Of a DNA stretch of 64,000 nucleotides, positions 12,737 to 25,445 are shown piece after piece; within the stretch, counting starts at the first letter, position 1, and the number at the start of each line of letters is the position of its first letter. Location of the stretch: assembly GCF_001194135.2 (NCBI RefSeq), contig NC_068989.1, positions 1,191,040 to 1,255,039 of the forward strand. The letters run 5' to 3'. The DNA is from Octopus bimaculoides (lineage: Eukaryota). Below the pieces are notes generated by a model, which was not told the DNA's origin, searched no databases, and saw only the letters and a program-made list of their open reading frames with translations. Made by a program: the position numbers and the translations under genes.

Positions 12737-14310
12737 CAGTGTTAGGGTGTTTGCACCCCTTTAACTTCAACAAATGAGATTGGGAGATTAAGTGCCGGGT
12801 TTAATAAAAATATAAGGACTTGGGCTGATACATTAATGTCCTTCTTTTTGCCTCTCCTTCTAGATTCATGCTTTTTCTTTTTAAAGACAATACTCTATGA
12901 TTAAAAGTGAATTTGACTGCCATTTCTTGCATGCCAAACAACCAGATAGAGGCTTCTATGTCAGCTCATGGGAAGAGCTTCGGAGGGGGAGGGGGAGAGT
13001 GTTGGGTGGGGGTTACATCAGAAAAGTTGGAGGAGGACAAGGAGGTGCTCCATGCCCCCACCCTCCCTTTTTGCTGCTACCACCACCACCACTACCACCA
13101 GTTGTGAGAAGTGTTGTTGGTATTTGAGGTTACCTGGTCGGTTGGAGTTGAGAAGACATGAAGATATTTGCCTTGGAGACAGGAGGTGGTGGTGGTGGTG
13201 GTGGTAGTGGTTGGTGGCAGTTGGTGGTGGTGGTCATAGTATTGCTCTGCAAACAAATCTAGGGTGGTGTTCTTGATTCTTGTTTGTTTATTCTTGTGAA
13301 ATTAGCTGTCACTCACTCAAAACTTCAACCCTGAAATGAATCTATCTTTGCAGTTTCTTACCTTCTTGATATTTCTTTTCATTTTCCCCTCCAAATTAAT
13401 TCAGATCTTTTAACACTTTCCCCCCATTTTCCACGTCACATGTTTTGCATTTCCATTTTTTTTTGCTTTTATTTCTATTCTCCCCATCGTTTCCTAGATT
13501 TCTCCTTTTATTTTCTCTTTCTGCTTAACCCCTCTTTCTCTTTTTCCCCCCTAATTCTTATTTCATTGTCTCCTGTTTCTTTTAGTTTTCTGACTCTTGA
13601 AGCTCTCTTAAAAATCATTGAGTGTTTCATTAGAAATGAAATCGCCAACTGGGTAAGGATTTGAATTCTAAGCTCATATAATGCCTCAAGTATAAATCTA
13701 CTCTAGCTGTTTGGGGTGTGTGTGTGTGTGGTGTTGTTGTCACCGAGTGAACATATATTCAAAGGGAATCTAGCCATGACCATCATGTTTACCAAAGGTT
13801 ACATTATTCATTAAGTCCATGGTTGGGTATGATTTGAAAGAGACTTGGCTGGTATTTCTAGCAAGTTGCATGACCACATAGAGGTTCTCTCATAGGGTTG
13901 CGCTTATGATGTTGTTGTTTAGTCCTAGGTCATCCTAGATTCTGTAGTTCAAGGGCATTCCACTCATGACCAGTCCATCTAGCACAACATTATCCAGTAT
14001 GTCCTTCCTTGATTTGAGGGTAATTAAGGGCAAATTCATTGAGTATTTTTATGCTCTTCAGGTCACTCAGTTGTTGAGGCAGGCACCAGATCTTCTGATA
14101 GTGTTACTTGCTTTAAATTGTTATCTAATCTAAGAGAGAAACATTCTTCCTACCATCTGTTGAATCATGAAGCTGGAGCTAAATCTCAGCTTTGACTCTG
14201 TGTGTAGGTGTGTGTGTGTGTGTATTCAACCCTTTTATTACAATTTTTCTCTTAAAATACATTAATTTTGAAAATGATGAAGAATTTAGTAAAATGACTG
14301 TCATTACTAA

Positions 14311-14365
14311 CATTATTTACATATGACCCTGGGCATATGGCGTGATGGTTAAGAGCCATGGCTAC
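14311..14365 (+). mobile_element. Internally deleted fragment of the same family (left terminus joined to tRNA-like head)
   Basis: CATTATTTACAT (left terminus) is followed 8 nt later by GGGCATATGGCGTGATGGTTAAGAGCC (A-box-like head). Confidence 0.55.
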
Positions 14366-14441
14366 GGTCTCACTTGGCTTGCTGGGTCTTCTCAAGCACA
14401 GCATGTCTGCAAAGGTCTCGCCCACTGGTCATTGCCTCAGT
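14366..14441 (-). mobile_element. RTE LINE ORF2 terminal fragment
   Basis: EAMTSGRDLCRHAVLEKTQQAK*, homologous to 46640-46710 and to the end of 40678-41070. Confidence 0.65.
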
Positions 14442-14627
14442 AATAATAAGAGTAATAAAATATTGTTTCTTTCCAAAACGGGTGACACTATAATAATGTG
14501 AGGATGTGGTATTCATACCTTTCCTAAATCTACTGACAAAAAAGAAACAGAGGCCATTGCAACCCACCATGGAAACCATGTTTACCAAGAAACCCTTTCC
14601 TATACAGAACTGTTTACTTACAAGTGT

Positions 14628-14675
<48 letters not shown>

Positions 14676-15205
14676 ATCTCTCTTTCTCTCTCCCTCCGCC
14701 TGTCTGGCTCATACACACACACACACTTGCCACTGTCTGAATTCCAACAAGGGAGTCTTTATTACTACACTGGAGCCAGAGTCTGGCTCCCTGTTGCCAA
14801 GGAAACATACACACGCAAGACATAGATGCATTGATATAAGCACAACACACACACACACACACGTATAAATATGAAGGAAATGCCAAAATGGAGGCCAGAG
14901 AACTGCACAGTTTCAAAACACTTAAAGTGTCACTGACAAATCTGTTTTCTTTTTTCAGACATACAAGTGTAAGAGGGGGTGGAAATAGGGGGTGGGGTAG
15001 ATGAGTTAATGAGGCTCTATGTAAGGGTGCAATATCTTTCAAACATCTAATGTAATAAATGTTTTTGTTGAGATTAGCCCCGTGTGGTGGACTGAAATGT
15101 TGTTGGTTCTGCGGGGTCATGGCTGCTGAAAAGGGGTCACACTTCACTTTATCGGCTCACTTGCCTCTATTTTGGGCTCGCTTTAACAGACTCTGTGTCT
15201 TCTCT

Positions 15206-15265
<60 letters not shown>

Positions 15266-15600
15266 ATCAATGTTTACATATACATTTGAGATCATGTGAT
15301 ATCTAATGCCTCTATACTAATATGCATGTGTAATGTGTCTACACCCACACTTACATATATAATAAGTACCTACCTACATTTTATATATGTAGATGTATGC
15401 AGGAGTGTAACTGAGTCATAAACTTTGCAGTTATAAAACCTGTGGGTTCAGTCCCAGATTTTGCATCTTACACTAGTGTCTACCACTTCCATGGGTTGGG
15501 TCAACCCAATCCAAGGAAGTATGACAGAACATTATGGAAGGTCGTTGGCTGTCAATCAGCAATGTCTGTGCATGTGTCTCTGGATAGTATGAAATCAGGG

Positions 15601-15685
15601 ATTATTTACATTATTTACATTTGACGGATATTTGTCCTCATTTTGTTTGTTGTTAACACAACGTTTCGGCTGATACACCCTCCAG
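15601..15685 (-). mobile_element. Terminal fragment of the tRNA-head/hammerhead palindromic family
   Basis: Near-identical to 54416-54490. Minus strand reads ...CAGCCGAAACGTTGTGTTAACAAC...CAAATGTAAATAATGTAAATAAT, with a duplicated 9-nt tail unit. Confidence 0.8.
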
Positions 15686-17689
15686 ATCTCCCTCAATGCC
15701 ATAGCAACCAAGGCAGGCAGGTGCAGCCCACCCCAACCTTTGGGATGGCTGGTGCCCATTCTCCTTTGCTATCGAGAGGCTTTTTTGGAGCTGGGTTTTC
15801 TATGGGGAGCATGCTCTTGCTTACCCCCAACCTCAGTTTCTAGGCATGAGTGGTCCCGAGACCAAGGCCTCTACCACGATTTTTAAGAAATGTGGTGGAA
15901 AACTAGCTCAGAAAGGTAGGGACACTACTCCCTGAGACCCCTTTTGGAGCCCCCCCCCCCAACTACATTTGACGATGGGTTCTAATTGAGGCCCAGAACC
16001 AGTGATTGTGTAAACATTGGTTAGTTGATGCCATCAACCTCAATAGGTAACTGGTACTTTATTTCATCGATGCCCAAAGAATAAAAAGATTAAGGTTATC
16101 TTAATGGGATTTGAACTCTGAATGTAAAAAGGAAATCTCTTTAATGATTCAGCTAATCCTCATTTTACATTTCGATCCCTGGTTTCCCATCCATGCAAGA
16201 AGTGCAAAACATTGTTCTAACTGGTTCCTCAAACATATTGAGAAGAGCTTTGCTGCTGTGAGGACAATTTTAACCCATGGAAAGTTTTTCTTTGTTTTCT
16301 TTCACATAACTTTGTAAACAAACAATCTGGTGTGTTTATTTGACTTGTGAATGTATACAGTGAGTTTTTTTGCCCTAGGTGTCAGGAAGGCACCCAGCAA
16401 GAAATAGACTAATTTGAAAAAAGAAAAATCCATGATGATAATGATGATGATGGCTCCAAGTTTTGGCACAAGGCCAGCAATTTTGGGGTAAGGGGTCAGT
16501 TGATACTCTTGACCCCAGTACTTGACTGATACTTTACTTTACTGACCCTGAAAGAATGAAAGGCAAAGTCAACCTTAGTGGCATTTGAACTCACAACATA
16601 ACAGTGGAAGAAATATTGCTAAGCATCTTGTCTGCTGTGCTAACGATTCTATCAGCTCCATGCCTTTGTCATGATAATAATAATGTTTCAAAATTTGGCA
16701 CAAAGCCAGCAATTTTGAGGGGAAGAGGCACATGACCCCCCCTCCCCCGTAACTTGATTGGTTACTTTATCATCTCCCCTCCTCTACCTGAAAGAAAATG
16801 AAATGTAGAATCGACCTATAATAATAATAAGGATGATGAAAGAAATGTATGTAGAAGTAAAAATAATTTGACCTAACACCTGGTTTCTGTTCAAAGCCGT
16901 CCTCTCTGGTGATTGAACCTGTAATGCGTTTTATAAGATTGTTGTTATTGGTTGGTCTTGTTACCAAGGAAGGAGAAAAAGAAAGGAGAAAAAGACAAGA
17001 AACCATTTAAAGATCAATGACATGGGAATCCTTGGAATGTTTAACAAGTTACATGACATGTTGGAATGGTTTATTTATCAAGGAAAGATGTTGTTGTTGA
17101 TGTCTGCATGGCTGCTGGTCTCCTGACAGACATTAACATCTTATTCTTTCTCCAAAATAAGACAACCATCTAAAACGTGTGTGTGTGGAGGGTGGGGTGG
17201 GGTGCTGATTGCAGGATTAACCTGTGGAATGTCTTCTTCTTCACTGATAGCAGCTGATTCACATCAAATAGTAGATGACCCACTCGACTGCTGTCTGTGT
17301 AATATTGTTTATAGACGAAGGGATGATACTACAATAAACGTAGCGTATTAATGTCCAAACCCTGCTGTATGACGAGGAATCTTATGGTAGAGAATCCTCC
17401 GCATGCATTCTGGAAGAGCGCCATTTCTCTCCTCTCACAGTTCCTGTCGTTCTGCTAATAGATCTGGCAAGGGAGATAACCTTATCATCATTTAATGCCC
17501 ACTTTCCATGCTGGCATGGGTTGGATGGTTTGACTGAGGTCTGGAAAGCCAGCAGCTGCACCAGGCTCCAATCTGATCTGGCAATTTTTCTACAGCTAGA
17601 CACCCTTCCTAATGCTAACCACTCCAAGAGTGTAGTGGGTGTATTTTACATGCCACTGGCACAGGAGTCAGTCAAGTGTGACAGAGAAA

Positions 17690-17925
17690 ATGGACATTAA
17701 AAGATAATTTGCTAAATCTGGATAAGTTAAGATTCTCAGAACAAAGAACTCAACCGATTCACACGTTACAAATACAACCTGTAAGTGGAACAGTAAAAAT
17801 ATGCAAGACGTTTCTTAAGTTTAAAATGAGACTTTGCTTTAGTTATCAACATTCCAATGATGGAGTTTTGTATCTTTGTAAGAAACCAGCTCCTTCTTCG
17901 GAGGAAGAATTTAATTGATTAAAAA
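17690..17925 (+). mobile_element. Second 3' fragment of the same RLE-type element
   Basis: LQIQPVSGTVKICKTFLKFKM and the downstream 3'UTR are homologous to the reverse complement of 33465-33660. Confidence 0.7.
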
Positions 17926-20131
17926 CAGAAGAGAATATACATGTGTACATGCGTGTGTGCATGCGTGCTTATGTATATTTCAATGTATTTGTTTTGTGTC
18001 TTGTCTGATTTCAGTTAAACTGGAAGAGTGGTGGTGGAGTGGGGTGCGGCAGTGGTGGAATGGTAATGATTAGGAACAATTCTAAATGAATAGTCTCTTG
18101 CTTTAGTTGATGCCATAGAAATAGATTGGCCTTCATTTAAATCTTCTTCATTCTCTCCCTCTCTCTCTTTTTCTCTCTCTCTCTTATCTGCTGTACAGTT
18201 ATTGAGTTTTCAAGTCAAATTATGTAAAATTGTTCTTCTGTTACTTAAATATTAAAAAGTCTTGTATTAATCCTCTGCNNNNNNNNNNNNNNNNNNNNNN
18301 NNNNNNNNNNNNNNNNNNNNNNNNNNNNNNNNNNNNNNNNNNNNNNNNNNNNNNNNNNNNNNNNNNNNNNNNNCACACACTCGCTCTACAGTTTCCAGTC
18401 TTGTTAACATTAGTGAAACAGCTGTTTAGCATTGTGTTTATATGATGAACAGCTAAAAATAGTTATCAATTGTACTGTTTGTTAGGGGCGGGGCTGTAAG
18501 TAAGAATATGGTGGTGGCAACGGTGGTGGTTGTGTTTCTTGGGGTCGTGTGTGTCTGTGTAAGCTAAGCAACTTTTTCTATCAATGAAAAGGAGTTAAAT
18601 ATTTTCCCAAAACAAGAAAATTGTGACAAAAAAAAGAAACAAAAAAACATTATTAATGAAGGGATATTTAGCCATTTGGGTCTTCTCTGGTTATAACATT
18701 TTTAATTAAGGTCTTTGCTACATATACTAATTGTCTTAGTTGTAGGGGTTCTTCTGACATAGGATCTTTATTACATTCAATACTTATATAAAAAGCACCT
18801 GTGCTGGGACCACATAAAAAGCACCCAGTACACTGTGTAAAGTGGTTGGCATTAAGAAAGGGGCCTCCAGCCATTGAGCCCTTGTGAAAACAGACAATTA
18901 GAGCCTAGTGCAGCTTGCTAGCTCCTGTCAAATCATCCAACATGTGGTCAGCATGAAAAGTAGATGTTAAATGATGAGGATGAATGTGATAGGGTCCTCC
19001 AACGTGCTTAGTTGTGGCCTTTACAATAATTAGTTTTGGGGTTTTCTCTAGCCCTTTGACTTGCCAATTAGCTTTTCTAAATGCAATATTGTCACTGTTT
19101 TACGTTCTCAGATGTTGCCTTATCACCACAGAACTAGTCTTTTAGGCCCTAACACGTCCTAGTAACAGAAACATCCTATCTTCTAATGCATTGTCTAGAC
19201 ATAGACAGTCTTCTCCAATCCTGGCTGAATTTGAACTCGGAATGTAAAGACAGATGAAATGCCACTAAGCATTTCGCCTGGCGTGCTAACGACTCTGCAG
19301 TTCAGCAAAGAAACAAAAACAATAAACGATAGACTATGTACCAAGCTAAGAAAAAATAGGGGCTGACGTTGATCCATTCAGCTAAAGTTCTTCAAGGTGC
19401 TGCCCCAGCATGGCTGCGGCCTAATGACTGAAACAAGTGAAAAAAAATTCTAATAATTTTTTTTTGTTAATGAAACATGTAAATTGGTGTAAGTAAAACC
19501 CTTATAAACGATCTCTCAACTTTTATTATGTGTGTGTGTGTGTGTGATCTGGTGTTGCTTTGTTTGTGTCCCTGTAATTTAGCAGTTTGGCCTAACGACC
19601 CTAATAGCATAAGCATCAAACTTGATGATTCAAAATAAACCATTTCTTGAAATAAGAACTGGTTTATTTAGATCACCAACTAAACTTTCCAGTGCCCCAG
19701 CATGGCCACAATTGAAAGATTGAAATAATAAAAGTAAGAACAAACAGAAAAAAACCCCAAACAAATGTGTTTGTGTTTGTACTCAGTTTTTGAAGTGAAC
19801 GCCTCCTAGCAGTTTGCCAAAGATGGATTAATAGGAATCCCCCTTTAGCATATTATGGATCGATTAGCATAATACGTAGAAATGATGTGTGTCTGTCTGT
19901 CTGTCTCCCTCTCTCTTTCTATGAATGTATCAATTTTTTTCTATGTCTGTGTATCTTATCTTATCTAATCTAATGTGGCTGTTTGCATGCATGCCTGCGC
20001 TCTCTTTTGTTGTACTGATGGTAAAACGCTGGTCTACTTCATTCACATTTTGTTGCTGTTGTTGTTTGCTCTGTAACTGCTGGCTCACTTTTATGAAATT
20101 GCTGACCTATTTCTGTGAATGGTTGCCTCAT

Positions 20132-20166
<35 letters not shown>

Positions 20167-21114
20167 CTCGAGTGCTTCAGCAGCGGTGATGCTATCTAAT
20201 CTGGATTTGCCAAGCAAATGGTTAGAATGATGATGATGACACACACACGCACACGTACACAAGTATGCATGCATACACACATGCTCACAAACACAAACTT
20301 ACATATGTGTATGCATGAATGTGTGTATGTGTGTGTATATATATATATATGAATATCCATCTCTCTCTCTCTCTATGTATGTGTGTGTGTGTGTGTGTGT
20401 GTNNNNNNNNNNNNNNNNNNNNNNNNNNNNNNNNNNNNNNNNNNNNNNNNNNNNNNNNNNNNNNNNNNNNNNNNNNNNNNNNNNNNNNNNNNNNNNNNAT
20501 ATAGCCACAACCATTGTTTTAGCCACCATTTTTCCATGCTTCCACAAATCAGACAGAATTTAATTTGCCAGATTTTCAATGGGTGGATGCTCTTCCTGTT
20601 GTCAACCCTTATCATCTGTTTATGAATTGGTTGATATTTCCTCATATCCAGACATGTTTTCATAGAAGATTGGTAATAAATGACTCTTCTTGTGTAATGG
20701 TGATGCTTGCTTGCATCTCTTACAGAATGTCTAAACAAGCAAAACATACACACACACTATTTCCTATCAGTCTTCTCTGGCGGAAAAAGCAGGAATAATT
20801 TATGCAAATTCAAACATTGTGGTAATGTTGGCACAAATATATTTTAATACCTGAAAAACCTTATTGTTGGCCAGTCAATTATTTGGTGTCAGGCCTGTAG
20901 AAGTAATGGAACTTGTTTGTCAGGCAGATAGACTGAGGCTGTAAATGATGAAATGAGCCGTTTTGCTCACAGTAGCAACAGTTTGTCGAATAAGATTAGT
21001 TACTAAGCCAGAAACATGGCAGCATATATCTACACATATACACAAATGTGTCTGCAAGTATGTGTATATGTACATCTGTTAGTGCCATGTATTTATGTAT
21101 ACCTATTAATACAT

Positions 21115-21240
21115 TCAGCTGATTGAATGGACTGGAGCAACATAAAATAAAGTGTCTTGCTCAAGGACACAATGTACCAGCGGGAATTGAACTCTCAACC
21201 TTACAATCAAGAGTCAAATGCCCGAACCATTAACCACTCT
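21115..21240 (-). mobile_element. tRNA-derived SINE fragment (family F)
   Basis: Minus strand ...GAGAGTTCAATTCCCGC...GTGTCCTTGAGCAAGACACTTTATTT...TGCTCCAGTCCA; related piece at about 5900-5990. Confidence 0.6.
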
Positions 21241-21295
21241 TTTTTAGAGTGGTGTCATCAAACAACACATTTGCTCTGTTACGCACACGCACACA

Positions 21296-21330
<35 letters not shown>

Positions 21331-21615
21331 CTGCATGTCCAGAGTTACATAATACTTGTAAAGCTGTCCGCATTTCCTGTGATTCGTGTAAGTTTGATAT
21401 TCCATACATTGTGCACCAACTGGCCTGCAGTTTATTGATGCTGGTGTTGGTTGCTATGGTCACAAATGGTTCCTGATTAGATCATATTAGATTAAAAATC
21501 ACTTCCATTGAAGACGTCTCCAGACCAGCGCTCACTCACGTCTCCAAACACTGAAGCATTTACCAACGTTGACAAGCTTTCACTTTCATCCTTTTGTCTG
21601 CTTTGTTTGATTAAT

Positions 21616-21936
21616 NNNNNNNNNNNNNNNNNNNNNNNNNNNNNNNNNNNNNNNNNNNNNNNNNNNNNNNNNNNNNNNNNNNNNNNNNNNNNNNNNNNNN
21701 NNNNNNNNNNNNNNNNNNNNNNNNNNNNNNNNNNNNNNNNNNNNNNNNNNNNNNNNNNNNNNNNNNNNNNNNNNNNNNNNNNNNNNNNNNNNNNNNNNNN
21801 NNNNNNNNNNNNNNNNNNNNNNNNNNNNNNNNNNNNNNNNNNNNNNNNNNNNNNNNNNNNNNNNNNNNNNNNNNNNNNNNNNNNNNNNNNNNNNNNNNNN
21901 NNNNNNNNNNNNNNNNNNNNNNNNNNNNNNNNNNNN
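21616..21936. other. Assembly gap (N-run)
   Basis: Directly visible. Other gaps at 662-770, 18279-18373, 20403-20498, 28077-28317, 29391-29556 and 32115-32128. Confidence 1.
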
Positions 21937-21976
21937 GGATTTGGTGGGTGGAAATTAAAAGAATCCTGTTGTGTGT

Positions 21977-22016
<40 letters not shown>

Positions 22017-23545
22017 TTGCTTGCCTTCACATTGTGTGATGGTTGTTAACAAATGTCGTTGTCATGCAAGCTGTATCCTTCATTTCCAATCTTCTGTGAA
22101 AACATGTCTGGCCATGGGGCAAATATTACCTTAGTTAGAAACAGGTGAGGGTTGGTGACAGGAAGGGTATCCAACTGTAGAAAATCTGCCTCAACAAAAT
22201 TCCTCCTGACCCATGCAAGCCTGGGGAAATGCATGTTAAACCAATGATGATGATTAGTCTGAAGGAGGAGTTTGACAGTTTTCAAGTCTTCTTGTTCGGT
22301 GAATTAGTGAGATTTCTTCTGTTGATGGTTGAGGAATGGTAACGTTGGCAGAGAGATTGAATTCCAGAAGTGTGTAGAGTTCCAACAATGGATTTACAAT
22401 GAAGCATCTGTACTGGTGCCATACTGGTTCCACATATAAAGTGCTGGTGCCACATATAAAGCACTCAATACACTCTGTAAAGTGGTTGGCATCCAGCCAT
22501 ATGAACCTTGTCAAAACAGGCAATTGGTACCTGGTGCAGCTCTCCAGCCTTGCCATTTCCTGTCAAACTGTCCACCTCATGCCAGGATGGAAACTGGATG
22601 TAGAATTATGATGATGATATGAAACAGTTTGAGAGCCACTGATATACCAAAAATGGGTTGTTCCATCATTGGTTTGGTGCTGATGGAGAAATGGTTATAA
22701 TGGTTTGGTTCTCAGTGAGAGAGTTGTGTTTTCGAGGAGGGAATTTCATTTTATATTGCCTTGGTTCACTCACATCTGAGGAATAGATACCAGGTTCTTT
22801 GGGGATATTTGCTGGAATTGACTGGTATCCTAACCCCCAAGAGACAGATTTATCTCTCATCAGCTAAATCCTGTAAAACTGCTATACATCAGCTCTTTAA
22901 TGTTTAAGCAGTGTGTGTGTGTGTTGTTTGTTTCATTTACTTTTAATGACTATTACATTAGCTTGGATTGTTGCCATTAATTAGTTGCTAATGAGGCTTG
23001 AAATTCCTGAAGAGGATTGTCAGACATTATGATGAAGTAACTATAGCAACAACAATGACAACAACTAAATGTCATTGACCAAAGATGGCAAACTTTGATA
23101 AAATTTTTTGGTGAGATTTCTTGATAATCTCTGACTAATGATGCTAGAACTTGGTCAGCATTGATAGTACTATCATTGGTTATGCTGATGATGATGATGT
23201 TAGTAGAATTAGTAGCTGTATCATCCAATTAGTCAACCAATTAGTGTCACTGTGGTAAATGTTTTCCAAATGACACTTGGATGTCTAATAGTTATCAGAT
23301 GAAAAATATTCCTGTTGAAATGTTTAGCAACTTAGCACCTCCACCCGTTGCCCACCCTGAGTCACACTCTACAAACCTAACGTGCGACATTCGTTGTAAG
23401 TTGTTTTATTGCAGTTTATTACAAATCTAACAAAAATACTTTCGTTTATAAACGCAGAAGAATAAAAAACAAAAACAAAGTTGAGCCAATCATTGAGCAA
23501 AATGTCTAGTTCTGGATGCACAGAGATATAATGGGCTACTCGTTC

Positions 23546-23580
<35 letters not shown>

Positions 23581-23583
<3 letters not shown>

Positions 23584-23989
23584 CTGGTGCCATGTAAAAA
23601 GCATTCAGTACACTCTGTAAAGTGATTGGTATTAGGAAGGGCATCCGAACGTGGTCAATGCCAGTGCCCCCTGACTGGCTCCCATGCCGGTGGCACGTAA
23701 AAAGCACCATCTGAACATGATCAATGTCAGGGCCCTCTGGCTGGCTCCTGTGCCGGTGGCACGTAAAAAGCACCATCCGAATGTGGCTGATGCCAGTACC
23801 CACTGACTGGCTCCTGTGCCGGTGGCACGTAAATAGCACCCACTATACTCTCGGAGTGGTTGGCATTAGGAAAGGCCTCCAGATCAGATTAAAGCCTGGT
23901 ACAGCCGCTGGCTTTCCAGACCTCAGTCAAACCATCCAACCCATGCCAACATGGAAAACGGATGTTAAACGTTGATGATGATGATGATC
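23581..23989 (+). mobile_element. RTE 3'UTR fragment with 3 x 66-bp tandem units
   Basis: TGCCGGTGGCACGTAA at 23685, 23751 and 23817; ends CCATGCCAACATGG-AAAACGGATGTTAAAC-(TGA)n. Confidence 0.8.
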
Positions 23990-24988
23990 TGTAGAAACCA
24001 TGCCAAAACAGACAGTTGGAAGCTGGCCATCTACTGTCAAACCATCCAGCTCATGCCAGCATGGAAAAATATATGTTAAATGATGTCTATTTGTTTAGTT
24101 GTGTGTGTGTGTACTTTGCCATGCTATTCAACATTATCAACACCCCACCGTATTACTGGTACACTATCTCACACTATAGGCTCCAGTCTGCTATCTTGCA
24201 TCAGACTCTATCATGTGTCAAATTGCTTTGTTTACAGTTTGTCGTGTCAAACTACAAACGAACTCTACGTGGTCAGTCAGCTTGCTAGATATAGAGCCAA
24301 ACCTCCCTCACAAAAAGGAAGAACATATTGAGCTAGAGGGTCATGGCTGGAATGCCTTTAATCTATTGAATCAGTGCTAAGCTGTGGCTGAAAGAATTCT
24401 CACCCTTCTGTTTTAAAAGAGAGGAAGAACACAGACAGTATTGGTTCCAGGTATACAAAAAGACTGGGTGGTCTTAACTGGAAGTACCTTTGATCCTGGG
24501 TCTGCTTGATCAAGGCTGACTTGGGGGTTAAACTATAATAACATGGTCTACTTCTCAAGTTCCACCCCTATATATGCAGTCACCAGATTGTACAGGAAGG
24601 GGGCCTCATATCTACCCTCTTCTCCCTTCCCACCCACCCCCACTGTTTCACACAGATCACATAACACTTTGACACCATGGTTAGGTAAACTGACAAAGTA
24701 AACAGTAACACCTGAGGAAACCTGTAATGATCTGTTTTTGACAATTAATGAGTTTAAACAGCTGGGTGAAATGCGGTAACATCGAACATCGAAGTAAATT
24801 GGTTAAAGAAGTACTTGTAGTGAGATTTGAACCAGTGGCTGAACTATTCATTCCCATATCTGAAAGGTTGTTTCAGTTTTACAGTGCAAAGCGATGAACA
24901 TGAGACATGGACGTTATCAAGTTGTTTTGCATCATAAACAGTGACAGGAAATATGTCCTGTGACCTATTGGTTCCTTGGCCACTTAAC

Positions 24989-25445
24989 ATCATCATCATC
25001 ATCATCATCATCATCACCATCGTTTAACATCCATTTTCCACGCTGGCATGGGTTGAGCGGTTTGACTGAGGTCTGGAAAGCCAGCAGTTACACCTGGCTC
25101 CAATCTGATCTGGCAGTGTTTCTACAACTGGATGCCCTTCCTGATGCCAACCACTCTGAGAGTATAGTGGGTGCTTTTTACGTGCTACCGGCACAAGGGC
25201 CAGTCAGGCGGTACTGGCAACGACCGCGCTCAAAAGGTGTTTTTTTACCTGCTACCTGCAAAGGAACCAGTCCAGCGGCACTGGCAACGACCACGCTCGA
25301 ATGTTGTTTTTTATGTGCCAATAATGCGACGCTGGCAACGATCATGCTTGAATGGTGCTTTTTATGTGCCACTGGCACGGAAGCCAATCAGCAGCCCTGG
25401 CAACGACCACGCTTGGATGGTGCTTTTAACATTCCACTGGCACGA
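24989..25445 (-). mobile_element. RTE 3'UTR fragment with tandem 65-66-bp units
   Basis: Reverse complement of the same family; unit order matches 51150-51440; (TCA)n tail at 24989-25020. Confidence 0.8.

Larger units (their letters stand above)
7145..13250 (-). pseudogene. Candidate decayed, intron-containing YLPM1-like pseudogene
   Basis: Colinear, frame-broken minus-strand segments resemble the recalled YLPM1 C-terminus: TAKDIL (11787-11804), KEDKD (11700-11714), SQIRFFRKLIANQFF (11486-11530), SNVRMTHFSKLSWS (11311-11352), HGLREFNHMNGHH (11207-11245), RANLEE (7329-7346), VVGE (7268-7279), TKCF* (ends 7145). A Pro/Gly-rich segment lies at about 12950-13250 and a GTTAAG...TTTACAG intron at 7670-7769. 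Recognised by eye only. Confidence 0.45.

Noticed and set aside
21492-22134. Long ORFs spanning N-runs (also 27879-28422 and 29329-29816)
   Set aside because: Their length comes from X residues in assembly gaps.
23369-23839. 156-aa ORF with repeated MVLFTCHRHRSQ units (and similar ORFs at 24960-25473)
   Set aside because: An artefact of the 66-bp (multiple of 3) tandem unit in the RTE 3'UTR.
23640-23840. CRISPR-like array (palindromic 25-bp repeat GTGCCGGTGGCACGTAAAAAGCACC with about 40-bp spacers)
   Set aside because: The spacers are homologous to each other, the array lies in a LINE 3'UTR repeated throughout the window, the DNA is eukaryotic and there are no cas genes.
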